This document shows, piece by piece, positions 52,010-62,926 of a DNA stretch of 64,000 nucleotides; the stretch's first letter is position 1; the number at the start of each line of letters is the position of its first letter. This DNA is from Schmidtea nova (lineage: Eukaryota), in NCBI GenBank assembly GCA_044892505.1, contig CM097882.1, positions 348,378,001-348,442,000 of the forward strand, written 5' to 3'. The notes under the pieces are model-generated. The model ran no database searches and was not told where the DNA came from. It worked only from the letters and a program-made list of their open reading frames with translations. The position numbers and the translations under genes are program-made.

Positions 52010-52082
52010 GGTTCGATGGTGTAGCGGTTATCACGTCTGCTTCACACGCAGAAGGTCCCCGGTTCGATCCCGGGTCGAACCA
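52010..52082 (+). tRNA. tRNA-Val-CAC: tRNA-Val(CAC)
   Basis: Canonical copy. Confidence 0.95.
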
Positions 52083-52379
52083 TATTTTATTAATTAGAAA
52101 CTTCCTAATCTTGATTTTTTCTCAATGGAACACCTTTCTCATATATGTTACAATATTAAAAATGATTGAATAATCAGAGAAAAAAGTTAAAATTTCATTT
52201 TCATAAATGTAGTGTGTGAAAGCTTTCTATCCTTTTGCAATTTTATGATTATTTTGTGCAGTGTTGTTTATTTAAATATGTAACTGTTGAAAAAAAGAAT
52301 ATTGGATATGAAAATGGATAAAGTATTGCAAGTGTTGATATATGTATTGTAAATTTTAACGATTGATAAATTCTTTCAA

Positions 52380-52452
52380 GGTTCGATGGTGTAGCGGTTA
52401 TCACGTCTGCTTTACACGCAGAAGGTCCCCGGTTCGATCCCGGGTCGAACCA
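52380..52452 (+). tRNA. tRNA-Val-TAC: tRNA-Val(TAC)
   Basis: Canonical body. Confidence 0.96.
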
Positions 52453-52600
52453 AATTTTTATTGTAAATTGTTAAATCTTGTTTACTATGTTTCCATTGTT
52501 TACTAGTGTTATTTTGTGTGTGTGTGTGTTTTATTAGTAAATCAGATCAATTTATTTAGCTGAAAGTTGGTAACAAACGAAAATTTGAAAATATTTAAAG

Positions 52601-52673
52601 GGTTCGATGGTGTAGCGTTTATCACGTCTGCTTCACACGCAGAAGGTCCCCGTTTCGATCCCGGGTCGAACCA
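52601..52673 (+). pseudogene. tRNA-Val-CAC: Probable tRNA-Val(CAC) pseudogene (G19>T and G53>T; A- and B-box both hit)
   Basis: GTAGCGTTTATC and CCCCGTTTCG; upstream TTTAAAG variant. Confidence 0.65.
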
Positions 52674-52970
52674 TATTTTATTAATTAGAAACTTCCTAAT
52701 CTTGATTTTTTCTCAATGGAACACCTTTCTCATATATGTTACAATATTAAAAATGATTGAATAATCAGAGAAAAAAGTTAAAATTTCATTTTCATAAATG
52801 TAGTGTGTGAAAGCTTTCTATCCTTTTGCAATTTTATGATTATTTTGTGCAGTGTTGTTTATTTAAATATGTAACTGTTGAAAAAAAGAATATTGGATAT
52901 GAAAATGGATAAAGTATTGCAAGTGTTGATATATGTATTGTAAATTTTAACGATTGATAAATTCTTTCAA

Positions 52971-53043
52971 GGTTCGATGGTGTAGCGGTTATCACGTCTG
53001 CTTTACACGCAGAAGGTCCCCGGTTCGATCCCGGGTCGAACCA
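52971..53043 (+). tRNA. tRNA-Val-TAC: tRNA-Val(TAC)
   Basis: Canonical body. Confidence 0.96.
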
Positions 53044-53191
53044 AATTTTTATTGTAAATTGTTAAATCTTGTTTACTATGTTTCCATTGTTTACTAGTGT
53101 TATTTTGTGTGTGTGTGTGTTTTATTAGTAAATCAGATCAATTTATTTAGCTGAAAGTTGGTAACAAACGAAAATTTGAAAATATTTACAG

Positions 53192-53264
53192 GGTTCGATG
53201 GTGTAGCGTTTATCACGTCTGCTTCACACGCAGAAGGTCCCCGGTTCGATCCCGGGTCGAACCA
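53192..53264 (+). tRNA. tRNA-Val-CAC: tRNA-Val(CAC), G19>T variant
   Basis: GTAGCGTTTATC. Confidence 0.78.
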
Positions 53265-53561
53265 TATTTTATTAATTAGAAACTTCCTAATCTTGATTTT
53301 TTCTCAATGGAACACCTTTCTCATATATGTTACAATATTAAAAATGATTGAATAATCAGAGAAAAAAGTTAAAATTTCATTTTCATAAATGTAGTGTGTG
53401 AAAGCTTTCTATCCTTTTGCAATTTTATGATTATTTTGTGCAGTGTTGTTTATTTAAATATGTAACTGTTGAAAAAAAGAATATTGGATATGAAAATGGA
53501 TAAAGTATTGCAAGTGTTGATATATATATTGTAAATTTTAACGATTGATAAATTCTTTCAA

Positions 53562-53634
53562 GGTTCGATGGTGTAGCGGTTATCACGTCTGCTTTACACG
53601 CAGAAGGTCCCCGGTTCGATCCCGGGTCGAACCA
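53562..53634 (+). tRNA. tRNA-Val-TAC: tRNA-Val(TAC)
   Basis: Canonical copy. Confidence 0.96.
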
Positions 53635-53782
53635 AATTTTTATTGTAAATTGTTAAATCTTGTTTACTATGTTTCCATTGTTTACTAGTGTTATTTTGTG
53701 TGTGTGTGTGTTTTATTAGTAAATCAGATCAATTTATTTAGCTGAAAGTTGGTAACAAACGAAAATTTGAAAATATTTACAG

Positions 53783-53855
53783 GGTTCGATGGTGTAGCGG
53801 TTATCACGTCTGCTTCACACGCAGAAGGTCCCCGGTTCGATCCCGGGTCGAACCA
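53783..53855 (+). tRNA. tRNA-Val-CAC: tRNA-Val(CAC)
   Basis: Canonical copy. Confidence 0.95.
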
Positions 53856-54152
53856 TATTTTATTAATTAGAAACTTCCTAATCTTGATTTTTTCTCAATG
53901 GAACACCTTTCTCATATATGTTACAATATTAAAAATGATTGAATAATCAGAGAAAAAAGTTAAAATTTCATTTTCATAAATGTAGTGTGTGAAAGCTTTC
54001 TATCCTTTTGCAATTTTATGATTATTTTGTGCAGTGTTGTTTATTTAAATATGTAACTGTTGAAAAAAAGAATATTGGATATGAAAATGGATAAAGTATT
54101 GCAAGTGTTGATATATGTATTGTAAATTTTAACGATTGATAAATTCTTTCAA

Positions 54153-54225
54153 GGTTCGATGGTGTAGCGGTTATCACGTCTGCTTTACACGCAGAAGGTC
54201 CCCGGTTCGATCCCGGGTCGAACCA
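54153..54225 (+). tRNA. tRNA-Val-TAC: tRNA-Val(TAC)
   Basis: Canonical body. Confidence 0.96.
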
Positions 54226-54373
54226 AATTTTTATTGTAAATTGTTAAATCTTGTTTACTATGTTTCCATTGTTTACTAGTGTTATTTTGTGTGTGTGTGT
54301 GTTTTATTAGTAAATCAGATCAATTTATTTAGCTGAAAGTTGGTAACAAACGAAAATTTGAAAATATTTAAAG

Positions 54374-54446
54374 GGTTCGATGGTGTAGCGTTTATCACGT
54401 CTGCTTCACACGCAGAAGGTCCCCGTTTCGATCCCGGGTCGAACCA
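54374..54446 (+). pseudogene. tRNA-Val-CAC: Probable tRNA-Val(CAC) pseudogene (G19>T and G53>T)
   Basis: Same double variant as 52601, 1773 bp downstream. Confidence 0.65.
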
Positions 54447-54743
54447 TATTTTATTAATTAGAAACTTCCTAATCTTGATTTTTTCTCAATGGAACACCTT
54501 TCTCATATATGTTACAATATTAAAAATGATTGAATAATCAGAGAAAAAAGTTAAAATTTCATTTTCATAAATGTAGTGTGTGAAAGCTTTCTATCCTTTT
54601 GCAATTTTATGATTATTTTGTGCAGTGTTGTTTATTTAAATATGTAACTGTTGAAAAAAAGAATATTGGATATGAAAATGGATAAAGTATTGCAAGTGTT
54701 GATATATATATTGTAAATTTTAACGATTGATAAATTCTTTCAA

Positions 54744-54752
54744 GGTTCGATG
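54744..54752 (+). pseudogene. 5' stub of tRNA-Val disrupted by copy 6
   Basis: GGTTCGATG|ACTC. Confidence 0.9.
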
Positions 54753-57383
54753 ACTCAATCACCTGCTGCTCAGTCAACTGCTGCTGATGTAATGACTCAG
54801 TCTATTGCAAATCAGTCAACTGTGACGAAGCAATATGAATTAGAAAACATTCTCAAATATCAAATTTCCAGTTTGCAATGTTTTCAATCGATTTTAGATT
54901 ATTTTTCTCAACTAAATGGTGGAAATCTCGCTACTGCCTCAGTTCTATCTGATGCGAATGCAAGTCAACGGAGTTCTTTCGATCAAGGATCTAAAATTTC
55001 TCCAAACCAATCTGATAATATGCCACTTTCTTATGCTGATATTGAGACTAAATTCACTAAATCAAAGGATTTACTTATTGTCAAGCGCCTGGATTCATTG
55101 GAGTCTCAATTTATGAATATGGCTGAAAAGTTAGATTATTTGGTTTCTTTGTTTAATGGCTCTGTTGATGATTTATCAGATTTTCCTAAAGTAAATGAAA
55201 ATAATTTAAATAATAATCCTTTCAATAAAAATAAAGTTTTTGATATCAAAGATAAATTAATTGTAAATAATGTAGTTTTAGATAAATCAAATATTTCAGA
55301 ATTTATTGAAAATAATATTGCTAAAATTCCTAATAGTTTAATTGATGTAAATAATAAAATGTGTAATTCAAATAATAAATTTCTAAATAACCCTAATAAA
55401 GAGAATGTTAAACATTTTAATAATCCCAAAGATACATCTTCAATTGATTTGACTAACGATAAAATTATGCCAAATGAAAACATAGAAATAATTATTAAAA
55501 ATAATAAAAAATCTGTTAAAATTATAGAACTTTATAAAACAACTAAACAGAAGTATGATAAATTTGAATTTAAAAGTCTGGTTCGTATTTTAACGAAAAG
55601 GGAACGCCAGAAAATCTTGAATGCCTTCCCTGCTTTAATACAACTAATTAAAAAGAAAGAATCACAGAGTAAATATTTTGAAATTAATAAATTTCTTTCG
55701 AGCAAAGATTTTAATGTGAATCACTTGAATTTAATTAATTTTGATTATTTTTTCTATAGAAATTGTAATCTTTGTGTATCTTTAAAATTGAACAACGCTC
55801 CTGTCATTTCATCAGCACCAAAACCTGTTGTTTTAAAAACTATTAAATTAATTGACCATAATATCGTCAAAATAAATTCTGAAATCCCTGACTTTGTTCG
55901 AGCTCCAATGTCAATTCGAAGATTTTTATTCAATCTTTCGCACGATCTTTCAAACACTGTTTCCATCAAGGATGAGAAACACAGGGGAAATAAAATAAAT
56001 AACATTCTTACTTCAATGAAACATAAACAACAATTACCAGATTATTTAATAAAATCAAACATTAAATACGAAAATGGTGAGTTCTTATTATTAGATTTGA
56101 CTAACGATAAAATCAAATTGAACGACGATAATAACTTGATAAAATCAAATTTTTCTGAACTTACTAGAAGTCAGATTAAAAATCTTTACCATTCTTATCC
56201 TTCTCTTAAGGAAGTTTGTTTCGTTGAAAATCTTGAAACAAGATCATCATCCGTTAGTAAAATTATCGAATCTTTAAAGTTAATTAATGAATTTCCAAAA
56301 AATATCATTTTTAAAGAGGGTAAATTTTATCAGTCTGATAAAAGAACAATCTCACCTAGTAGTTCTCCTGACATAATGTTCAACCTTGGTCTTTTTAATT
56401 TAGCTAGTATGAGTAGAAAAGATTGTGAATTAAAATCCATTTTAGAGAAGACTGGTTGTGACTTTAAAATAGTTGAAATAATATTCTACCTCAACTATTT
56501 AGGCTTGACTCAATCTTTAGAATTTTGCAAAAATCAAACTTATTCTGATTATGTGAGGAATTACGTCTGCAATTGCTGCTTGATAAACTCACTCTGTAGT
56601 ATTGCTGATGTTGATTCGCTTTCATCTGAAGATTTTGAGGGTTGGGCGACCGAAATTGTTCAGAAAATCCCAGTTTCTTCCTATTACTTCAATAGCTGCC
56701 AGGAAAAGCTTTTAAAGCTGAAGCAATGGGACATTTCAACTAAAATCAAAAGAATCCATAACGTTATTTCACCTGAAATAATATCTTATTTAAATAACTT
56801 TCTTGACTCTGTAGACGTAAAATTTCCATCTAAGTCTCAACAACATAATATTCTAATTAAATTAATGAAAGCTATCAATGACATTAAAATTTTTGATGAC
56901 ATACACGGAAATAAAGCAAAAAGACTTGTTTACTTTTTGCTAAGAGATGCCAAGAAATATTTGAATAAAAATCAACGATTCAGATTATTTGAATCGAGCA
57001 ATAAATATTGCACTTTAGAGATGGAGAATATAATTTCAGTAATAATTGAGAACCTTACCAAAGTTACTGACCATGAAGTTACTACTCCTGAAATCACAGT
57101 TGAAGAAACGCCAATTGAAATAACTTGTGATCCTGAACCTATCGTCTTGATTAAGGAAATAAACTGTTTAAAATGCAACAATATCATCGAAAAATGCATT
57201 CTTGTTAGAGATGGAACAAACGTCAACATCTGTGAAAGCTGTCTATTTGACGCAATTACCTTTGAAAAGCCGATTCCTGAAGCTACTAATTCGGATATCG
57301 AAGAAAATATAGAAACAAATTGTAAGAAATCTTGTCCAAGACCTAGAAAAACAGACAAGAAAACATCAACCAAAGCAAAATGA
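54750..57383 (+). CDS. ORF1 of copy 6 (877 aa)
   Basis: Intact. Confidence 0.88.
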   Translation: MTQSPAAQSTAADVMTQSIANQSTVTKQYELENILKYQISSLQCFQSILDYFSQLNGGNLATASVLSDANASQRSSFDQGSKISPNQSDNMPLSYADIETKFTKSKDLLIVKRLDSLESQFMNMAEKLDYLVSLFNGSVDDLSDFPKVNENNLNNNPFNKNKVFDIKDKLIVNNVVLDKSNISEFIENNIAKIPNSLIDVNNKMCNSNNKFLNNPNKENVKHFNNPKDTSSIDLTNDKIMPNENIEIIIKNNKKSVKIIELYKTTKQKYDKFEFKSLVRILTKRERQKILNAFPALIQLIKKKESQSKYFEINKFLSSKDFNVNHLNLINFDYFFYRNCNLCVSLKLNNAPVISSAPKPVVLKTIKLIDHNIVKINSEIPDFVRAPMSIRRFLFNLSHDLSNTVSIKDEKHRGNKINNILTSMKHKQQLPDYLIKSNIKYENGEFLLLDLTNDKIKLNDDNNLIKSNFSELTRSQIKNLYHSYPSLKEVCFVENLETRSSSVSKIIESLKLINEFPKNIIFKEGKFYQSDKRTISPSSSPDIMFNLGLFNLASMSRKDCELKSILEKTGCDFKIVEIIFYLNYLGLTQSLEFCKNQTYSDYVRNYVCNCCLINSLCSIADVDSLSSEDFEGWATEIVQKIPVSSYYFNSCQEKLLKLKQWDISTKIKRIHNVISPEIISYLNNFLDSVDVKFPSKSQQHNILIKLMKAINDIKIFDDIHGNKAKRLVYFLLRDAKKYLNKNQRFRLFESSNKYCTLEMENIISVIIENLTKVTDHEVTTPEITVEETPIEITCDPEPIVLIKEINCLKCNNIIEKCILVRDGTNVNICESCLFDAITFEKPIPEATNSDIEENIETNCKKSCPRPRKTDKKTSTKAK

Positions 57384-60300
57384 AGATGTGTGCCTGCATC
57401 AGCTCAATCGTCTGCCATTCCCTCTAATGAGACTGATGCAGAGAGCACAACTAAAAATAATATTTCAACTATCGACAATCGTGATCCTGAAGTGTGGTTT
57501 TCTGATAATGATATTGATTGGTATCTTGAAAACCACATTGATAATCCAATGCATGGATATATTAAATGCTTTATAGTAAATATCATCTGTTCTAACATCA
57601 CAGAAGATATTGTTGAAATTCCACCATCTATTAGCAATGCTGAAATTGTATTTTGTCCACTCAACATTAACAATTCGCACTGGATTCTTTTTGTTTATAG
57701 TAAGAAAATGTTATCTTCTTACTTTATTGACCCAATCCTTGCAAACAGACAAAAGCCAATCAATAAACAAATGGCTCAGAGAATTAATCTAAAACTGAAT
57801 AGATTTTTTAATCTAAATATATCTGTGTCCCGACATCCACACAAACATCTTGAATATCAGAATAACAGCTTTGACTGTGGCCCATTTACGTGTGCTTATG
57901 CTGTGATTATCAGTAAAGATTTGAACAGCTTTCCAAATGGGTTCATAGAGAAAATTCGTACCAGTGTGCATGAAAATCAAAATCGTATGCAAATAACCGA
58001 ATCCACCTTATTCGCTGGTACTAACTCCAAGATGGACATGACCAAAATAAATATCAAGAAAGCCCTTGCAAAAAAGAAAGTCATCACCAACACCTCAGAT
58101 ATGACCAAAGTATTGAACACTCAAAAACCGTGTGTGTCATCAATAATTAGTAAATATTACGAAAGTAATTCTAAAATAACAGTCTTATCTGCCGAACTAA
58201 CTTTAAACCTAATTGCACAAAATACCTCCTTCATAGCTGATAATGTCACTTTCAAGCAGTTCAAAGGAATCGATCATGTTATAAGTATCATTCCTAAATT
58301 TAACGATTGGTGTCTCTTTGTCTATTCGAATAAACTTGACAGGAGCTACATGTTCGACTTCAATTATCGAAACATTGATGAAAGGCTAATTGAAATTGGT
58401 GAAAAGATAACTGAATATCTGAATCAATTCACTCTTGTTTCTAAAATAAAATTCACACCTCATCATAGAATTTCTCATCCAACATTTCATTCTTACGATG
58501 ATCAATATTTTGCAAGTTCTTTTATTGTATTTTTTGAGAAACTTGTCTTTGAAAGAATACTGGACAATGATAAGGTTTATGACTCATTAAGTGCTCTAAA
58601 ATATCAGTCTTGTAAAGATCTTTCTCCTAGCCTAAGTTTCATTAATGGTAAAATATCCGACAAAATTATTGAGGAATATTTTGCTAGCCTAAACTTATCG
58701 ACCAAATATATTCTTCTAAACACAACAATGTGTACTGCGCTTTCAGATGATTGCACTGAATACTTGAAAGACTTTGTAAACATTGAGTGCATGATGAAGG
58801 CTACTATAATCTTTGTAATCATTTCTCCTCCAAGAGCCAACGACTTGCTCATGGTTATTGATTACGACGCTGATGAGCACTATTTATTAAGCCCAGTCAC
58901 TAATGACTTGTTCGTTATGACTGAAGGATTCTGCTATAAATTACTAATTAAAATTAATGAGATTAGAGAGAGCACAGGACGTTCCTTGAAATCGCGTAAT
59001 TGTCGACATGACGTTAAAGGTTCTGGCTTATTTAGTAGGTTATTAATCTGTGCCTTTATTAAATATTATGCATTTGACCGATCTCTAGAAAATATCAATC
59101 TTCATGAAATTGGCAAAATTATCTACTCACTTGTGCCATTGGTTGATAAAAATGATAATGCTGAGGAAGAAAGACGACTAAAATCAAAAGCTGTAAACTC
59201 TTTAAAACTAAATTTAAAACAGCGAATAGAAAAAGCCAATAATCTTATAATTTCACTTGAACACGCCAGTATTGATGAAATCATAAGTGGCATTCTTTCA
59301 AATATTCCTCGTCTTAAAGATTTGAACACCGATCACATTCGTACACCATATTTAGGTACTAAAATAGAAAAAGCTAGAAAATTCAAAAATTCCACTGAGT
59401 TTCTGTCAAACATGAAAAAGACTGTGTATAGGATTTTGGGTAACAACACAGAATCAATTGCACCTCCTTATCAGGAAATTATTGACACTTTCAGTCATCC
59501 TGATACATTACCTAGAAATTGGGAAAACATCTTAAAATTCACTAAGAGTTCTAAATATAGTCTTGAATTAAATCCAATGACACCTAAAGAAATCCTTTCA
59601 AGTCTTTGCAAAGCTGACAACACTTCTCCAGGTCTTGATAATGTTTGTTATAAAGATCTTTTGTTATTAGACCCTGAATGTAAATTGCTAGCTTTTCTGT
59701 ACAATAAAATCCTAAAATTAGACATTATTCCTACAAGTTGGAAATCATTTAAAACGATACTAATCCCCAAACCAGATAAAAATGGCCAATATCATAAAAT
59801 ATATTCTTGGCGACCAATTGCCTTATTATCTGTCATTTACAAAGTCTTCGCTTCAGTTTTGGCAAATCGTCTAAGCTTATGGATAAGAAATAATTCCATG
59901 TTACACATTGGCCAAAAGGGTGGTTCGGAGTACGAAGGATGTATTGAACACAACTCTATTCTTTCTGCTATCGTCGAACATTCAAAATACAGCAAGTCTT
60001 CACCTTTAACGATAGCTTGGCTAGACATCAAAGATGCCTTCGGAAGTGTTCCACATGACTACATGTGGACACTGTTAAAACACATAAATGTTAGTGATAG
60101 GTTTGTAGGAATTTTAAAACTGCTCTATACTGATACAAGCTCGTTTTACTGTTGCAATAAAATGCAGACACCGGATATTCCAATAAAGAAAGGAGTTAAA
60201 CAAGGTTGTCCGATCTCAATGATATTGTTTGCAATAGCTATTAACCCAGTACTTGAGTCTATTAATCTATCAAACGTTAATCCTTTTACGATTGGAACAT

Positions 60301-62353
60301 CTCCGGTACAGGTGTTGGCTTATGCGGATGATATCGCACTTATCGCGACAAATACCTCTGATCTGCAAATACTCATAAACGTTGCTGTAAACACCGCTAA
60401 AACAATTGGATTTGAATATCGTCCAGAAAAGTGCGCTTATATGCAATTCCCTAAAATAGAAACTGTAAGCGAGATTTCTGTCAACAACGTTCTTATCAAA
60501 AAGATTGCAACAAATGAATTTTACCAATACTTGGGAGTACCAATAGGTGACAATAATGATCAAAGTCCCTATGAAATTCTAAGCAAAGTAATTGAAGACA
60601 CAAAGAAAATAGCAAATTCTGATCTTTACGGCTGGCAAAAACTTAAAGCGTATAAGGTCTTTCTGCATTCTCGCTTGATTTTTCCATTTAGAACTAGGGA
60701 AATCAAAACAAGTTCTTTAGCTGATTCGAGTAAAAATTCAAAATTAAATGTAAATAATACGAGTATTTTGAGGAGTCATCTTAGAAAAATATTGCACTTG
60801 CCACACTACTCTGAGATTAGCTATTTTTATAATTCTACTGAAAACGGCGGTGCAGGCTGCATAGACTTACTTGACGAGTATCATACACAGACAATCGTGT
60901 ACTTTTTCCGTTTGTTAACATCAACGTGCGAATATTCGAAAAAGATAAATACTGACTCGCTTTTATTTGTCACAAGTCCGAGACTCGGAATCAAAAATCC
61001 AGTTCTTAAACAAAGTTTAGAATGGATAAATGGAAAAGAGAGCAAGAAAAACAACAGTGGTTGCAAAACTCGATTTTATCGGTTGCGATCATCCATTGCT
61101 TACTTTTCTAAAGTTCACAACATTAAATTGTTATTTGAAACAGTGAAAGGGAATCCTTCTATCCGTATAACCACTACACTTAAGGGAACACGTATATTAT
61201 TACCAACATTAAGAAAAGCCTTGTCAATGATTTTACATTCAGCTCTCCAGGATTCGTATCTCGAGAAATGGGAGAATAGCAATCATAATAATCTGCTTGT
61301 ATCTGCGATAAAACTCTGTCCACTTGTCAACAAGCTTATTTTCCGCAGTGATTTGACAGAATTTGAATGGAGATTCGTCCATCGAGCAAGAACGAATACA
61401 TTATCAATATTTGCGAAGCCATATAAAACTGGCGAAAATCGTCTTTGTCGTAGATGTAAGCTTGAAGACGAGACTTTATCACACGTTCTTCAAACTTGTA
61501 AAATGAACAAATCTTTGGCAACTAGTCGACATAACGCTTGCTTAGAAAAAATAAAAAGCGAGTTGAAAGATCCAAACTTGTTAGTTGTTGCGGATCATAA
61601 ATGTTCCCTAGTACCGACATCAACTGAACGCGTTGATTTAATAATAACCAATAATGATAAAAAGACCATATTATTGGTAGACATGAAATGCCCAATCGAT
61701 TCGGTGCCCAACTTTGACTTGGCTGATAAAAAAAACATAGAAAAGTATGATAAACTAAAATCAGAAATTAAAATAGCCAAACCCGATTATAAAGTTGAGT
61801 TGTTTACCTGCATCATAGGCTCATTAGGATCCATTGAAATTAAAACACCTGATCTTTTAGTAAAAATGGGAGTAAAAGAAAATAAAGTAAAACGTCTGAT
61901 GAAAGAGTGTGCAATTAGCAATATTGCGCACTCGGCCAAAATTTGGTACTTTCATACCAATGGCTTTCTTCCAGATAATATAAGACAAACTTGTAAATAA
62001 ATAATTATATATATATAAATATTTGCTTTTTAAACTCTGTAAATAAAATTTAAAGTAAATATTTTGTAAAGTAATTTTTGTTTTAAATATCAAATCTTTT
62101 TAATCTGATAAATTGTCTTTGAGAGTTATTAAATTGGGAGACCAAGTATTCTGCGACGTATGTCATTTATTCTAGACTTATCAACTTCAAAAGAATACAG
62201 TCGCAAAGCTGGATGACGAAATCCAAAGAACCAGAAACTTCCATTCAGATTGAACAATTATATTTTGACTGTGATTGTTTAGGGACTAATCCATGTTGAT
62301 TAGATAATCTGTAAAAAAAATATGTCAAACTTGTTATATTTAATAAATGTTTA
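54753..62353 (+). mobile_element. RLE non-LTR retrotransposon copy 6, 7601 bp, in tRNA-Val(TAC)
   Basis: Same junctions; intact ORFs. Confidence 0.95.
57390..62000 (+). CDS. ORF2 of copy 6 (protease-RT-RLE)
   Basis: Intact; same motifs. Confidence 0.95.
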   Translation: MPASAQSSAIPSNETDAESTTKNNISTIDNRDPEVWFSDNDIDWYLENHIDNPMHGYIKCFIVNIICSNITEDIVEIPPSISNAEIVFCPLNINNSHWILFVYSKKMLSSYFIDPILANRQKPINKQMAQRINLKLNRFFNLNISVSRHPHKHLEYQNNSFDCGPFTCAYAVIISKDLNSFPNGFIEKIRTSVHENQNRMQITESTLFAGTNSKMDMTKINIKKALAKKKVITNTSDMTKVLNTQKPCVSSIISKYYESNSKITVLSAELTLNLIAQNTSFIADNVTFKQFKGIDHVISIIPKFNDWCLFVYSNKLDRSYMFDFNYRNIDERLIEIGEKITEYLNQFTLVSKIKFTPHHRISHPTFHSYDDQYFASSFIVFFEKLVFERILDNDKVYDSLSALKYQSCKDLSPSLSFINGKISDKIIEEYFASLNLSTKYILLNTTMCTALSDDCTEYLKDFVNIECMMKATIIFVIISPPRANDLLMVIDYDADEHYLLSPVTNDLFVMTEGFCYKLLIKINEIRESTGRSLKSRNCRHDVKGSGLFSRLLICAFIKYYAFDRSLENINLHEIGKIIYSLVPLVDKNDNAEEERRLKSKAVNSLKLNLKQRIEKANNLIISLEHASIDEIISGILSNIPRLKDLNTDHIRTPYLGTKIEKARKFKNSTEFLSNMKKTVYRILGNNTESIAPPYQEIIDTFSHPDTLPRNWENILKFTKSSKYSLELNPMTPKEILSSLCKADNTSPGLDNVCYKDLLLLDPECKLLAFLYNKILKLDIIPTSWKSFKTILIPKPDKNGQYHKIYSWRPIALLSVIYKVFASVLANRLSLWIRNNSMLHIGQKGGSEYEGCIEHNSILSAIVEHSKYSKSSPLTIAWLDIKDAFGSVPHDYMWTLLKHINVSDRFVGILKLLYTDTSSFYCCNKMQTPDIPIKKGVKQGCPISMILFAIAINPVLESINLSNVNPFTIGTSPVQVLAYADDIALIATNTSDLQILINVAVNTAKTIGFEYRPEKCAYMQFPKIETVSEISVNNVLIKKIATNEFYQYLGVPIGDNNDQSPYEILSKVIEDTKKIANSDLYGWQKLKAYKVFLHSRLIFPFRTREIKTSSLADSSKNSKLNVNNTSILRSHLRKILHLPHYSEISYFYNSTENGGAGCIDLLDEYHTQTIVYFFRLLTSTCEYSKKINTDSLLFVTSPRLGIKNPVLKQSLEWINGKESKKNNSGCKTRFYRLRSSIAYFSKVHNIKLLFETVKGNPSIRITTTLKGTRILLPTLRKALSMILHSALQDSYLEKWENSNHNNLLVSAIKLCPLVNKLIFRSDLTEFEWRFVHRARTNTLSIFAKPYKTGENRLCRRCKLEDETLSHVLQTCKMNKSLATSRHNACLEKIKSELKDPNLLVVADHKCSLVPTSTERVDLIITNNDKKTILLVDMKCPIDSVPNFDLADKKNIEKYDKLKSEIKIAKPDYKVELFTCIIGSLGSIEIKTPDLLVKMGVKENKVKRLMKECAISNIAHSAKIWYFHTNGFLPDNIRQTCK

Positions 62354-62408
62354 TTATCACGTCTGCTTTACACGCAGAAGGTCCCCGGTTCGATCCCGGG
62401 TCGAACCA
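62354..62408 (+). pseudogene. 3' remnant of tRNA-Val(TAC) after copy 6
   Basis: nt 19-73. Confidence 0.92.
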
Positions 62409-62556
62409 AATTTTTATTGTAAATTGTTAAATCTTGTTTACTATGTTTCCATTGTTTACTAGTGTTATTTTGTGTGTGTGTGTGTTTTATTAGTAAATCA
62501 GATCAATTTATTTAGCTGAAAGTTGGTAACAAACGAAAATTTGAAAATATTTACAG

Positions 62557-62629
62557 GGTTCGATGGTGTAGCGGTTATCACGTCTGCTTCACACGCAGAA
62601 GGTCCCCGGTTCGATCCCGGGTCGAACCA
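62557..62629 (+). tRNA. tRNA-Val-CAC: tRNA-Val(CAC)
   Basis: Canonical copy. Confidence 0.95.
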
Positions 62630-62926
62630 TATTTTATTAATTAGAAACTTCCTAATCTTGATTTTTTCTCAATGGAACACCTTTCTCATATATGTTACAA
62701 TATTAAAAATGATTGAATAATCAGAGAAAAAAGTTAAAATTTCATTTTCATAAATGTAGTGTGTGAAAGCTTTCTATCCTTTTGCAATTTTATGATTATT
62801 TTGTGCAGTGTTGTTTATTTAAATATGTAACTGTTGAAAAAAAGAATATTGGATATGAAAATGGATAAAGTATTGCAAGTGTTGATATATATATTGTAAA
62901 TTTTAACGATTGATAAATTCTTTCAA

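Larger units (their letters stand above)
47890..54752 (+). repeat. tRNA-Val array block (11 full units plus partial) with 1773-bp higher-order variant pattern
   Basis: 591-bp periodicity; diagnostic variants recur every 3 units. Confidence 0.95.
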
